Positions 38,455 through 48,719 of a stretch of 64,000 nt of DNA are shown piece by piece. The stretch lies in the NCBI GenBank assembly GCA_963776245.1, contig CAVZLN010000008.1, positions 192,001-256,000 of the forward strand, in the 5' to 3' direction. The notes under the pieces were generated by a model. That model was not told the origin of the DNA. It searched no databases and was given only the letters and a program-made list of their open reading frames with translations. Positions within the stretch are counted from its first letter, which is position 1, and each line of letters opens with the position of its first letter. A program made the translations under genes and the position numbers. Origin of the DNA: Candidatus Eiseniibacteriota bacterium. GTDB taxonomy: Bacteria > Eisenbacteria > RBG-16-71-46.

Positions 38455-39468
38455 TCAGGCCTCGACCGCGATCTCGCGCAGGTACTGCGCGGCGTCCTCA
38501 GGCGGCGTCGGGTTGATGTAGAAGCCCGATCCGATCTCGAACCCCGCGACGCGCGAGAGCTTCGGCATGATCTCGAGGTGCCAGTGGTAGTACTCGAGGT
38601 CGCCGTCGCTCACCGGCGAGGTGTGGATGACGAAGTTGTAGGGCGGGCGCGTCAGCGCGCGGTCGAGCCGCCACAGCACGTCCTTGAGGATCGCGGCGAA
38701 GTCGTGGAACTCGCCGGGATCCTCGACCGACTGGAACGCGGCGTCGTGCCGCCGCGGCAGGATCCAGGTCTCGAACGGGAAGCGCGGCGCGAACGGGGCG
38801 AGCGCGACGAAGCGCTCGTTCATGGTCACCACGCGGCGGCCGTCGTTCTCGGCGGTCTCCTGCTGGACGATGTCGCAGAAGACGCAGCGCTCCTTGAGCT
38901 CGAAGTAGCGCCGGCTGCCCTCGAGCTCCTCCTGCACCAGGCGCGGGATGATGGGGGTGGCGATCATCTGGGTGTGGCCGTGCTCGATGGTCGCGCCCGC
39001 CCCCGCGCCCTGGTTCTTGAAGATGAGCACGTAGCGGAAGCGCCGGTCGCGGTGCAGGTCGAGCATCCGCTCGCGATAGGCGACCAGCATCTGCGCCAGG
39101 TGCTCGACCGGCAGGTCGTGCAGGACCCCGTCGTGCTGCGGACACTCGATCACCACCTCGTGCGCACCGATGCCGTTCATCTTGTCGTACAGCCCCTCGC
39201 CGCGGCGGTCGAGCGTGCCCTCGATCTGGAGCGCCGGGAACTTGTTCGGCACCACGCGCACCGTCCAGCCCGGCGTGTTCTGCGCGCCGCCGCCGGGCCG
39301 GTAGGCGTACACCTCGGGCGGGGTCTTGTCCTCGTGACCGGGACAGAACGGGCAGAAAGTCGGCGACTTCGGGACCGGAGCGGGCTCGAAACTGCTGGGC
39401 CTCCTGCTGCGCTCGGTGGAGATGATGACCCACCGACCGACCACCGGATCCTTCCGTAGCTCAGGCAT
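38455..39468 (-). CDS. galT: Galactose-1-phosphate uridylyltransferase family (HIT) protein
   Basis: ELRKDP, CPFCPG, VRVVPNKFPAL, FKNQG.GAGATIEHGHTQ and YHWHLE motifs. Confidence 0.92.
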   Translation of the reverse strand: MPELRKDPVVGRWVIISTERSRRPSSFEPAPVPKSPTFCPFCPGHEDKTPPEVYAYRPGGGAQNTPGWTVRVVPNKFPALQIEGTLDRRGEGLYDKMNGIGAHEVVIECPQHDGVLHDLPVEHLAQMLVAYRERMLDLHRDRRFRYVLIFKNQGAGAGATIEHGHTQMIATPIIPRLVQEELEGSRRYFELKERCVFCDIVQQETAENDGRRVVTMNERFVALAPFAPRFPFETWILPRRHDAAFQSVEDPGEFHDFAAILKDVLWRLDRALTRPPYNFVIHTSPVSDGDLEYYHWHLEIMPKLSRVAGFEIGSGFYINPTPPEDAAQYLREIAVEA

Positions 39469-39618
39469 GAGCTTCCTCGTGTGCGTTGCGGTGTCGGCGG
39501 GCCGGGGCGGGCCCGTCTCCGATGGGAGTGTCCGAGTCTAGGGACCGGCGCCACGCGCGGTCAAGGCGCGGGCGGGCCGGTGCGGGAAGGCCGGCGAGCG
39601 CGCCGCAGCGCCCGCGGC

Positions 39619-40862
39619 TCAGGCTCCGGCGGCCCGTGCGCGCTCCTTCGCGGTCTCCTCGAAGAGCTCCCGCAGCAGGCTCTCCTCGCCGGGCGCCAGC
39701 GAGCGGCCGCGCCGCGACAGCGCGATGCGCGCCGTCGCCAGGAACGGCTCGAGCCGGTGTTCGACCGTGGCTTCGCCATCCCACCACGCGAACGGCGCCA
39801 CCGCGGCCGGTGCGAAACGCCCGCCGCCGAACAGGTTCGCGCCCACGCCGACCGCGCGCCGGTGGGCAGCAGCGTGCCGATGCCGGTCTTCACGTGCGCG
39901 CCGACCACCGCGCCGACCTTGGGGTTGCCGCTGTCCACGCGCGTGCCGTCGATCCACACCCGCACCGGTCCGTAGTTGTTCTTGAGATCGCTGGTGGTGG
40001 TGAGCGCGCCGAGGTTCACCCATTCGGCCAGCACGCTGTGCCCGACGAAGCCGTGGTGGCGCTTGTTGCCGTAGCCCTGCCACACGCACTCCTCGACCTC
40101 GCCCGCGATCCGGCACTCGGGGCCGAACGTGGTGCGCGAGACGGAGCCGCCGAGCAGTTGCGTGCCCTCGCCGACCACGCACGGCCCGGTCACCACGGTG
40201 TGCGAGCGCACCAGCGCGCGCGCGCCGACGCGGATCGGGCCGGCGCTCGCGTCGAGCACCGCGAGCGCCTCCACGCGCGCGCCCGCCTCGACCACGATGC
40301 GCTCGGGCGCCCGAAGCACCGCGGACGGGTGCACGTCGCCCGCGACGCGCCCGCGCTCGTCCGCGAGGTCGGCGGCGATGGCGTCCGCGTTCCACTCCAC
40401 CAGGTTCCAGGGGAAGGTGACGAAGCGCGCCTCGGGCACCGCGACCGCCGGCAGGCCGAGCCCGAGCAGGAACGCCTCGAAGTCCGCGCCCCGGCCGAGC
40501 CCGGGGGCCACCATCTCGAACGGCAGCCGCGCGCCCACGATGCGCCCGTCGCCCACGAACAGCGCCGGAGCGCGCGACGCGAGCGCGTCCGCGAGCCACG
40601 CCCCGGGGAGCGCCGCGGCGTTGAACGCCAGCACCTCGTCGCCGCGCCGCGGCGCGGTGGCCTCGATCGCGGGGGCCTCCCGCCAGGCGCCGAGCGCGCG
40701 CGGGCGCGCCTCGACGGCGAGCAGCGGCACGCCCGCGGCGCGGCGCCAGCGCTGCCCGAGCGCCGACGCGCCGAACGCCAGCGCCGGCACCGGCAGCACG
40801 TCGGTGAGCGGACGCAGGCTCCGCCAGTGGCGGTCCTCGTACACCACCAGCATCGCGCTCAC
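39619..40862 (-). CDS. Putative sugar nucleotidyltransferase (GlmU-like, left-handed beta-helix), one frameshift near 39858
   Basis: LRPLT, GPECRIAGEVE, NKRHHGFVGHSVLAEWVNLGALTTTSDLKNNY and HVKTGIGT; C-terminus continues in another frame (VGVGANLFG...) to 39619. Confidence 0.82.
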
Positions 40863-41729
40863 CGCGCCCCTCCCGCGAACCGGAACACGCCGGTGAACCC
40901 GGCGAGCGCGGCGCGGCGCCGGAGGCTCTCGGAGGCCTCGTCACCGACGCACGCCACGGTGCGCACCTTGTACAGCCCGCGCTCGCGCTCGACCACGAAC
41001 GGCACCATGAGCTGGGACTCCGCCGCGGCGCGCAGTCCGGCCGCGCGGACGCGATCCGCGGGGGCGCCGACCTGGACCCGCCAGCAGCCGCCGGCGGCGG
41101 GGGCCGCGGGCGCCGGCTTCGCCTCCCCGGGGGTCGCCGCGGGGGCGCTCGGCGCGGCGGCCGGCGCGGCTCCCGGGACGCGCGCTCGCGCTGGTGTCGG
41201 GCGCGAGCAGGCGCTCGAGCGTGCCCGGCCGGTCCCCGAGCGGCTGGGTCGGCGCGGGCACCGGCACGTCGGCGGAGGTGCTGTCCGCGGGCGGTGCCGC
41301 CGCGCTGCCCGACGAGTCGGACGCGACCGCGGGCGAAGGAGCGCCCGAGGCGGCCGACGCGGGCGGCACGGCCGCGCGCGCGGCCAGCAGTTCCTCGCGG
41401 GTCGGCGCGGGGACGCGCTCGCTCGCCGCCAGCGGCTCGGGGATCGCCGCCAGCACCGCGCGTCCCTCGGGCGAGACCGCGGTCGTGTCCACCGCCGCGC
41501 TCGCGGGGGACGCGGATGCGGGCGGCGCCGGCCGGGGCGCGGGCACGCCCGTCGCGGGCGGCGCGGGCCGCGTGCCCGGGGACGAGATGGGCATCATCCC
41601 GGCGCAGCCTCCGACCCCGAGAAGGGAAGCGCCCAGGACCAGGCCCAGCAGGACCAGGCCGCACGGGACGACGCGCGCCCGGGGTCGGCGATCGCGGGTT
41701 CCGCGGCGCATCGGCCGGCCCCCGCTCAT
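40859..41729 (-). CDS. SPOR-domain lipoprotein with Pro/Ala-rich linker, one frameshift near 41190
   Basis: Lipobox-like LLGVGGC; C-terminal WRVQVGA...LYKVR in a shifted frame; start and stop overlap both neighbours. Confidence 0.7.
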
Positions 41730-42778
41730 GCCCCGCTCCGCGCCCGCACCGTCTCGGCCACCTGTCGCACCTGCCCGCTGTCCTCGAGCCGGCAACAGAG
41801 CGTCGAGCCCTCGGCGTGCACCACCACCATGTCGCGCAGACCCATCGCCGCGGCCGTCCCCCCGTCGCCCACCACCACGCATCCGTCGCACTCGATCGCC
41901 ACCGCGTCGCCGAACAGCACGTTGCCGCGCGCGTCGTGGGTCTGCCGCCGCGCCCACGCGCTCCACGAGCCGAGGTCGTCCCAGTCGAACGACGCCTCGA
42001 GCACCAGCGTGTTGGGCGCCCGCTCCATCACCGCGTAGTCCACCGAGATGGACTCGAGTCCCGGGAACACGGCGTCGAGCGCGCGCTCGAATCCCGCGTC
42101 GCCGTCCTCCCAGCGCATCGCGTCGAGCGGCGCGTGGAGCGACGGGCGGAAGGACTCCAGCGCGTCCAGGAAGGTCTTCGCCCGCCACACGAAGATGCCC
42201 GCGTTCCAGGCGTACTCGCCGGTGGCGATCCAGGCCTCCGCGCTGGCCCGGTCGGGCTTCTCGGTGAATCTCGCCACGCGCGACAGGCGGTCGCCGACGG
42301 CGGCGCCCCGCTGGACGTAGCCGAAGTTGGTCTCGCCGTGCGTCGGGCGGATGCCGAACGTGAGCAGCACCGGCTCCCGCTCGCACGACTCGAACGCGCG
42401 CGCGAGGTCGGCCGCGAAGGCGTCCTCGTCGTCGATGGCGTGGTCCGCCGGCAGCACCGCGAACGAGGCCTGGGGCGCCTCGGCGCGGAACAGCACAGCG
42501 GCCGCTCCGGTGGCCGCCGCGGTGTTGCGCAGCATGGGCTCGCCCAGCACCCGCACCCCGGGGCACTCGCGGCGCACGGCGTCCACCAGGTCGCGCGCCG
42601 TGAGGATCACGATGCGGTCCCGGGGCGCCACGCGCCGCGCGCGATCGAGCGTGGCCGCGAGCAGCGAGCGCCCGCCCTTCGCGAGCGGCAGCAGCTGCTT
42701 CGGCCGGCCGGGACGGCTCCACGGCCAGAACCGCTCGCCGCGGCCGCCGGCGAGGATGAGGACGAATCGATCAGGCAT
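41726..42778 (-). CDS. manC: Mannose-1-phosphate guanylyltransferase
   Basis: ILAGGRGERFWPWSR...PKQLL, EP..RNTA, PADH, FTEKP, WNAGIF, ISVDYAVME and WDDLGSW motifs. Confidence 0.94.
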   Translation of the reverse strand: MPDRFVLILAGGRGERFWPWSRPGRPKQLLPLAKGGRSLLAATLDRARRVAPRDRIVILTARDLVDAVRRECPGVRVLGEPMLRNTAAATGAAAVLFRAEAPQASFAVLPADHAIDDEDAFAADLARAFESCEREPVLLTFGIRPTHGETNFGYVQRGAAVGDRLSRVARFTEKPDRASAEAWIATGEYAWNAGIFVWRAKTFLDALESFRPSLHAPLDAMRWEDGDAGFERALDAVFPGLESISVDYAVMERAPNTLVLEASFDWDDLGSWSAWARRQTHDARGNVLFGDAVAIECDGCVVVGDGGTAAAMGLRDMVVVHAEGSTLCCRLEDSGQVRQVAETVRARSGA

Positions 42779-42907
42779 GCGAGGGTCTCCGGTGCGTCAC
42801 GACGGACCCGGCAGGATAGGCTCGACCGCGACCGCCGGCAAGGGCCGCCGGCCCGCGCGCGGCCGCCGGGCACGGCCGCCCCGCGGGGCGCGCGCCCGGG
42901 CGACCGG

Positions 42908-44011
42908 TCAGCCGCGCCTCTTGTCCAGCAGCTCGCGGTACACCGTCTCGGTGTTCTCGGTGACCTTCTCCCACGAGTAGTTCTGCAGGATGTGGCCGCG
43001 CGCCCGGCTCTCGTACTGCTTCACCAGGTCGGGCTGCAGGATGAGCTGCTCGAGCTTCTCGCGCAGGTCCGCCACGTCCTTGTTGCGGAACGAGGGCGCC
43101 ACGCCCTCGGCCACCTCGCGGTTCTCGGGGATGTCCGAGATCAGCACGCACCGTCCGTACGAGAGCGCCTCGAGCAGGGCGATCGAGAGCCCCTCCATGG
43201 TCGACGGCTGCACCACGCAGTAGGCGTTGCTCCAGAGCTCCTCGAGGCCTTCGCCGAACACGTAGTCGAGCAGCCGCACGCGCGGGCCCTCGTACTGCCG
43301 CAGCAGGCTCACGTAGTCCTGCGAGAACGACATCCCTCCCACCAGCGCCAGCGTCATGTCGGTGTCGATCCGCTGGAACGCCTCGCACAGGTAGTGCACG
43401 CCCTTCTCCGGCACCAGGCGCCCGACGAACAGCACGTACTTCCCGGGCGTGAGGCCCTGCTGGAGGATCTTCTTCGCCGGCCGCTGGACCGGCAGCGCGG
43501 TGCCATTGGGGATGAACACGGTCTCGCGGCGGTGATGCTCGCGGAAGTAGTCGCGCAGCGTCTTCGACACCACGATGGTGCGGTCGGGGAAGTTCACCGC
43601 CGGCCCCTCGCACTGGCGCAGCACCCACTGGGCCGTCCGCCCCCACTTCTCGCGCTGCCAGTCGAGGCCGTGCACGGTCACCACCGTCTTCGCGCCGCGC
43701 AGCCGCGGCAGACCGGCGAACAGCGACGGCCCGAGCGCGTGGAAGTGCACCACGTCGTACCCGCGCAGGGTGGCCTCGAGCGTGCTCCACGCCACGTGGG
43801 TGGCGGTATCGAGGTGCTTGGTATGGATGCTGGGCCGCCGCAGCAGGCGCACGCCCTCCATGCGGGCATCCGCGGGGGTGTAGTACAGCCGGCAGTACAC
43901 CGAGAGGTCGTGGCCGCGCGCGGCGAGGCGCCGCGTGATCTCCTCGACGTGCCGCTCGATGCCGCCGTAGGTCGCGGGCACGCCCTTCTGGCCGATCATC
44001 GCGATCCTCAT
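42908..44011 (-). CDS. Glycosyltransferase family 4
   Basis: GQKGVPATYGGIE, TVHGLDW, FVGRLVPEKG and EGLSIALLEA motifs. Confidence 0.93.
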   Translation of the reverse strand: MRIAMIGQKGVPATYGGIERHVEEITRRLAARGHDLSVYCRLYYTPADARMEGVRLLRRPSIHTKHLDTATHVAWSTLEATLRGYDVVHFHALGPSLFAGLPRLRGAKTVVTVHGLDWQREKWGRTAQWVLRQCEGPAVNFPDRTIVVSKTLRDYFREHHRRETVFIPNGTALPVQRPAKKILQQGLTPGKYVLFVGRLVPEKGVHYLCEAFQRIDTDMTLALVGGMSFSQDYVSLLRQYEGPRVRLLDYVFGEGLEELWSNAYCVVQPSTMEGLSIALLEALSYGRCVLISDIPENREVAEGVAPSFRNKDVADLREKLEQLILQPDLVKQYESRARGHILQNYSWEKVTENTETVYRELLDKRRG

Positions 44012-44054
44012 GCCCGCCCTCCCTTGGGGTCCGCACCGCGCGCGGCGCTGGGGA

Positions 44055-45035
44055 TCAGCATGGCGCGCCCCCCGCCGTCACGGCACGCGTCGCGCGCACG
44101 CGGAAGAAGCCGACCACCAGCCCGGCGCCGTGCAGCGTCCAGGCGAGCAGCGAGAGGAACCCGAGGCGGAGGCTCGCCTTGCGCACGCTCATCAGGGCCC
44201 ACACGCCGAACGGCATCAGCGCCCCGAGCGCCAGCAGGCCGGCGTCCCGGCGCGCGAGGGCGATCGCCGACGCGGGCAGCGCGAGCAGCCACAGCGCGAG
44301 CGTGCCGAGGTAGAGCGACTGGCGCCGCAACAGGCGGCCGAAGCCCGGGCGGCCGAGATACACGCGCAGCGCCTGCCCCTGTCCGAAGCACAGGCCGGTG
44401 CGCCAGCGCCGCCCCAGCTCCGCGAGCGACGGGCGCGGCGCGCTCCAGTGACGCGCGGCGAGCGGCGCGATGGCACGCAGTTCCAGCCTGGCGCGCGCGA
44501 ACCTCAGGCCGAGCTCGAAGTCCTCCTCCGAGTTCAGGCGGGCGTCGTATCCCCCCACCGCGAGCAGCGCCGCGCGCCGGTAGAACGAGAGCGTCGCGGT
44601 GTACTCGGACGGATGGTCGCCGTCGCCGACCCGGTACAGATCGTGGCTGCCGGCGCGCTCGCCCGCGGCGTCCACGAACCACTCCTCGATGCGCCCCCAC
44701 AGCCCGCCGATCGCCGGCTCGCCGGCGATCACCGCCGACGCGCGCGCGATCCACGCCGCTTCGACCTCGACGTCGGCGTCCACGAACAGCACCCAGTCCC
44801 CGTCGCACGCCGAGCAGCCGAGCATGCGCGCGGCGCCGGGGGTGAGCGGCTGCCCGACCGGCGGGGCGAGCACCGTCCAGCGCGACGAGAGCGCCGGCAG
44901 CGGTGCGGGATCGGGCGCGGAGCGCACCAGCACCCCGCTCCAGTCGCGGCCCGTGAGCGCGCCCTCGAGCGCGGCCACGGTGCGCGGCAGGAAGCGCTCC
45001 TGGCGGTAGCACGGGATCACCACGCCGATCCTCAT
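44055..45035 (-). CDS. Glycosyltransferase family 2 with C-terminal TM helices
   Basis: VVIPCY, FVDAD and GGYD...EEDFEL motifs. Confidence 0.88.
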   Translation of the reverse strand: MRIGVVIPCYRQERFLPRTVAALEGALTGRDWSGVLVRSAPDPAPLPALSSRWTVLAPPVGQPLTPGAARMLGCSACDGDWVLFVDADVEVEAAWIARASAVIAGEPAIGGLWGRIEEWFVDAAGERAGSHDLYRVGDGDHPSEYTATLSFYRRAALLAVGGYDARLNSEEDFELGLRFARARLELRAIAPLAARHWSAPRPSLAELGRRWRTGLCFGQGQALRVYLGRPGFGRLLRRQSLYLGTLALWLLALPASAIALARRDAGLLALGALMPFGVWALMSVRKASLRLGFLSLLAWTLHGAGLVVGFFRVRATRAVTAGGAPC

Positions 45036-46213
45036 GACCGCCCCCGCGCCGCGTTCGCTCCGGCGAACGTGGCGAGCCCGAGCACCTCGTCGTACACCGA
45101 TTCGAACGTCTCGACCACGCGGGACCAGGTGTAGTGCTCGCGCACCCGGTGCGCGCCGTCGCGGCCCATCCGCAGGGCGGCGTCAGGACGGCGATGGAAC
45201 GCTTCGAGCGCTTCCGCCAGCGCGTGCGCGTCCCCGGCCGGCACCAGCCGCCCGTGCACCCCGTCCTCGATCACCTCGGGCACCCCCCCGACCGCGCTCG
45301 CGATGGTCGGGCGGGCGCGCACCAGTCCCTCGAGCAGGCTGAGCGGCAGTCCTTCCCAGCGCGAGGGCAGCACCACGGCGTCGGCGGCGGTGAGCAGCGG
45401 GCCGATGTCGTCCACCTGCCCCAGGAAGCGCACCCGCGCGGCCACGCCCAGCTCCCGGGCCCGCGCCTCGAGCGCCGCGCGGCGGCTCCCCTCGCCCGCG
45501 AACGCCGCCACGAACTCGAGGCCGTGGCCCTGCACCCGGGCGAGCGCCTCGAGCAGCACGTCGTGGCCCTTCTGCGCCTCGAGCCGCGCCACGCACACCC
45601 ACAGCGGGCGCAGCGGCCCGGCGCCGAGTCGCTCGCGCAGCGCCCGCGCCGGCACCCACTCGGCCATCTCGTCGGGCAGGTCGGCGCCGTTGGGCACGAT
45701 GCGGATGCGCTCCCGCGCGAGTCCATGGTCGCGCACCAGCGTGTCGGCGACCGCGCCGCACACCGCGGTCACCGCGCCGGCGTGGGCCAGCTCGCGGTAG
45801 CGGAGCGTGTCCGGCGACGACGGGTGGGCGGGGCCGGTGACGTGCTCGGTCACCACCAGGTGGGGGACGCCGGCGAGGCCGGCGAGCGCCGAGAGGTAGC
45901 GGTCCGCCGCGGGCCAGACGTGGTGCACGTGGAGCAGGTGCGGACCGGCGCGGCGCAGGCGCCGCCAGGTGTCGAGCATGCCCTTCCAGTCCCAGCGCGA
46001 GTCCACCTCGGGCACCCGGTCCACCGGGATGTCGCGCGCCGCGAGCGCTCCCGCCAGCTCGTCCACGCCGGGCGCGGTCGCGAGCCACACCCGCACGTCG
46101 AAGCGGGCGCGCGGCAGACGCGTGGCCAGCTCCCAGACGACCCTTTCGGTGCCGCCCACGGAAGTGCCGCTCTCGGCGAGCACCACGCTCACGCGTGCTT
46201 CGGAGGTCCGCAT
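45032..46213 (-). CDS. Glycosyltransferase family 4
   Basis: GGTER, VPNG, ARLEAQKGH and PSRWEGLPLSLLE; alternative GTG start at 46192. Confidence 0.9.
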   Translation of the reverse strand: MRTSEARVSVVLAESGTSVGGTERVVWELATRLPRARFDVRVWLATAPGVDELAGALAARDIPVDRVPEVDSRWDWKGMLDTWRRLRRAGPHLLHVHHVWPAADRYLSALAGLAGVPHLVVTEHVTGPAHPSSPDTLRYRELAHAGAVTAVCGAVADTLVRDHGLARERIRIVPNGADLPDEMAEWVPARALRERLGAGPLRPLWVCVARLEAQKGHDVLLEALARVQGHGLEFVAAFAGEGSRRAALEARARELGVAARVRFLGQVDDIGPLLTAADAVVLPSRWEGLPLSLLEGLVRARPTIASAVGGVPEVIEDGVHGRLVPAGDAHALAEALEAFHRRPDAALRMGRDGAHRVREHYTWSRVVETFESVYDEVLGLATFAGANAARGRS

Positions 46214-47403
46214 AGCCGGTCGTAGGCCTCGAGCAACTGGACCTTGCTGAACTCCCATGCCATCGATTCGATGAAACGCTTCCGGTTGTAGGCACCCATG
46301 CGCGCGCGGCGGTCGGGATCGTCGAGCAACTCGACGATGCGCTCCGCCATGTCGGCCACCTGATTGGGGCGGGCGTACAGCGCGCCCTCACCCGCCGAGA
46401 AGCGGTGCTCGCGCAGGTCGTAGCACACGATCGGCCGGGCGCACGCCATGTACTCCAGGATCTTGTTCATGGTCGAGATGTCGTTGAGCGGATTGAGCGG
46501 GTCCGGCGACACGCACACGTCGGCGGTGGTCAACACGCGCTCGACATCGGCGTCGGGGATGCGGCCGGTGAACTCGACGAACGGCTCGAGCCCGAGCTCC
46601 CGGGTGAGCCGCCGCAGGTCCTCGAACGAGTCGCCGCCGCCCACCAGCGTGAACGACACGTCGTGGCGCCCGAGGTCCTTCACCACGTGGCGTGCCGCGC
46701 GCAGCAGGTGGTCGACGCCGTCCTGCGGCGCCATCACACCGAGGTAGGCGACCAGGAAGGTCCGCCCGCGGCGGAGCGCGGGGTCGGGCGCCCGCCCGGC
46801 CGCGAAGCGCTCGCGGCTCGGGCCGCTGCGCACCACGACCACGCGGTGGCCGGGCACCCGCCCGCGGGTCATCGCCACCTCGCGGTAGGACTCGTTGGTC
46901 GAGATCACCAGGTCCGCGGTCGCGAACTGCAGGCGCTCGAGCAGCCGCAGCGCGCGGTGGAGCGGATCGCCCTCGCGCTGCGACCCGAAGCGCGCTACGT
47001 AGAGCTCGGGGCACAGGTCATGGTGATCGAACACGAAGCGCTTCCCGAACAGCTTGAACGGGGCGGCGATGGCCCAGAAGGTGTCGGGCGGATTGGCGGC
47101 GTGGATGACGTCGAAGCCGCGACGCGCCAGCACCACGAACGTCAGGCGCAGGGTCTGGAGCCAGCAGTAGAGGAACTCCCAGGCGTAGGACATGAACCCG
47201 CGCGCGGGCGGAGGCGCCGGGTAGCGCCAGATGTGGATGTCGTCGATCACCTCGTGGGCGCGGGTCCACTGCTCGCCCTTCGGGCAGATCGCCGACACCT
47301 CGAAGCCGCCGGCGCGGAGCGCGTTGAGCTCCATCCACACGCGGCGGTCGAATGGCAGCGGGAGGTTCTCCGAGAGGTGGAGGACCCTACCACGCGAGGC
47401 CAT
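46189..47403 (-). CDS. Glycosyltransferase family 4 (WbuB-like)
   Basis: ENLPLPFDRRVW, DHHDLCPE, GVMAPQDGVD and STMNKILEYMA motifs. Confidence 0.92.
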   Translation of the reverse strand: MASRGRVLHLSENLPLPFDRRVWMELNALRAGGFEVSAICPKGEQWTRAHEVIDDIHIWRYPAPPPARGFMSYAWEFLYCWLQTLRLTFVVLARRGFDVIHAANPPDTFWAIAAPFKLFGKRFVFDHHDLCPELYVARFGSQREGDPLHRALRLLERLQFATADLVISTNESYREVAMTRGRVPGHRVVVVRSGPSRERFAAGRAPDPALRRGRTFLVAYLGVMAPQDGVDHLLRAARHVVKDLGRHDVSFTLVGGGDSFEDLRRLTRELGLEPFVEFTGRIPDADVERVLTTADVCVSPDPLNPLNDISTMNKILEYMACARPIVCYDLREHRFSAGEGALYARPNQVADMAERIVELLDDPDRRARMGAYNRKRFIESMAWEFSKVQLLEAYDRLCGPPKHA

Positions 47404-48711
47404 GGTACTCCCCGGCGGACACGCTGGACGGATCGACGGCGTGCACCAGGTCCACCAGCACCTGGCCGGGCTTCAGCATCCGGCCCACGTCCCGGTACTC
47501 CGGCGAGCCGTTCGCCACCACCACCACCTCGCTCTGGTCCACCACCTCGCGCACCGTCGCGCGCAGCCGGTCGGGCAGGTAGGGCACCTCGTCCTCGACG
47601 AAACGGCGGTTGGCGCCGAGCACCCGTTCCATGTCCACGTTGGGGTCGTGGAGCGACAGGGTGTAGCCCTTGCCGACCAGCGTCCCGATGACGCGCAGGA
47701 TGGGGCTCTCGCGCAGGTCGTCGGTCCCGGCCTTGAACGACAGGCCGAGCACGCCCACCTTGCGCAGCTTGAATCGTTCGATCATCGCGATCGCGGCCTC
47801 GACGTGGACGTCGTTGGAGCGCATCACCGAGTAGAGCAGCGGCAGATCGAGCTGGCCCTGCCGGCCCGCGCGCGCTCAGGGCGCGCACGTCCTTGGGCAG
47901 GCACGAGCCGCCGAAGGCGAACCCCGGCTTGAAGTAGTACGCGCTGAGGTTGAGACGCGTGTCCTTGCAGAACAGGCGCATCACCTCGTGGCTGTCGACG
48001 CCCTCGCGCTTGGCCCAGCGGCCGACCTCGTTGGCGAACGCGACCTTGAGCGCGTGGAACGTGTTGTTCACGTACTTGAGCGTCTCGGCGGTGCGGATGG
48101 GGGTCACCAGCATCTCGCCCCCGACATCGCCGTACATGTCCCGCATGACCTGCGCGCTCCGCGCGTCGCCCGCGCCGAGCACGGTGTACTCGGCGCCGAA
48201 GAAGTCGGCGACCGCGCTCCCCTCGCGCAGGAACTCGGGGTTGTAGCCGACGCCGAAGTCCACGCCCGCCCGCTTGCCCGACGCGCTGCTCGAGCACCGG
48301 CGTGAGCTCCCGCTCGACGCTGCCCGGCAGCATGGTGCTGCGCTGCACCACCACCGTCCAGCGGCCACTGGCGGCGATCGCCCACCCGACCTCGGAGCAG
48401 GCGCGCTTCACGTGGTCCAGGTTCAGGCTGCCGTCCTCGGCGCTCGGGGTGCCGACGCACACCAGCACGATGTCGGCCTCCCGCATCGCCTCCGCGATGC
48501 GCGTCGTGGCGCGCAGCCGCCCGGCGTCGCGCGACGAGCGGATGAGATCCGCGAGGCCGTTCTCGACGATCGGGCTCTCGCCGCGCTCGATGCAGTCCAC
48601 CTTGTAGGCGTTGGTGTCCACGCCCGTGACCGAGTGCCCGCGGGTGGCGAGACAGGCCGAGCACACCGAACCCACGTAACCCAAACCGACCACCACGACG
48701 TTCATGTCCAT
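47387..48711 (-). CDS. GDP-mannose 6-dehydrogenase (AlgD-like, UDP-glucose/GDP-mannose dehydrogenase family), two frameshifts
   Basis: GLGYVG, CVGTPS, NPEFLREG, PGFAFGGSCLPKD and GLSFKAGTDDLRESP; frame slips near 48285 and 47866. Confidence 0.9.
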
Positions 48712-48719
48712 CCTCTCGG

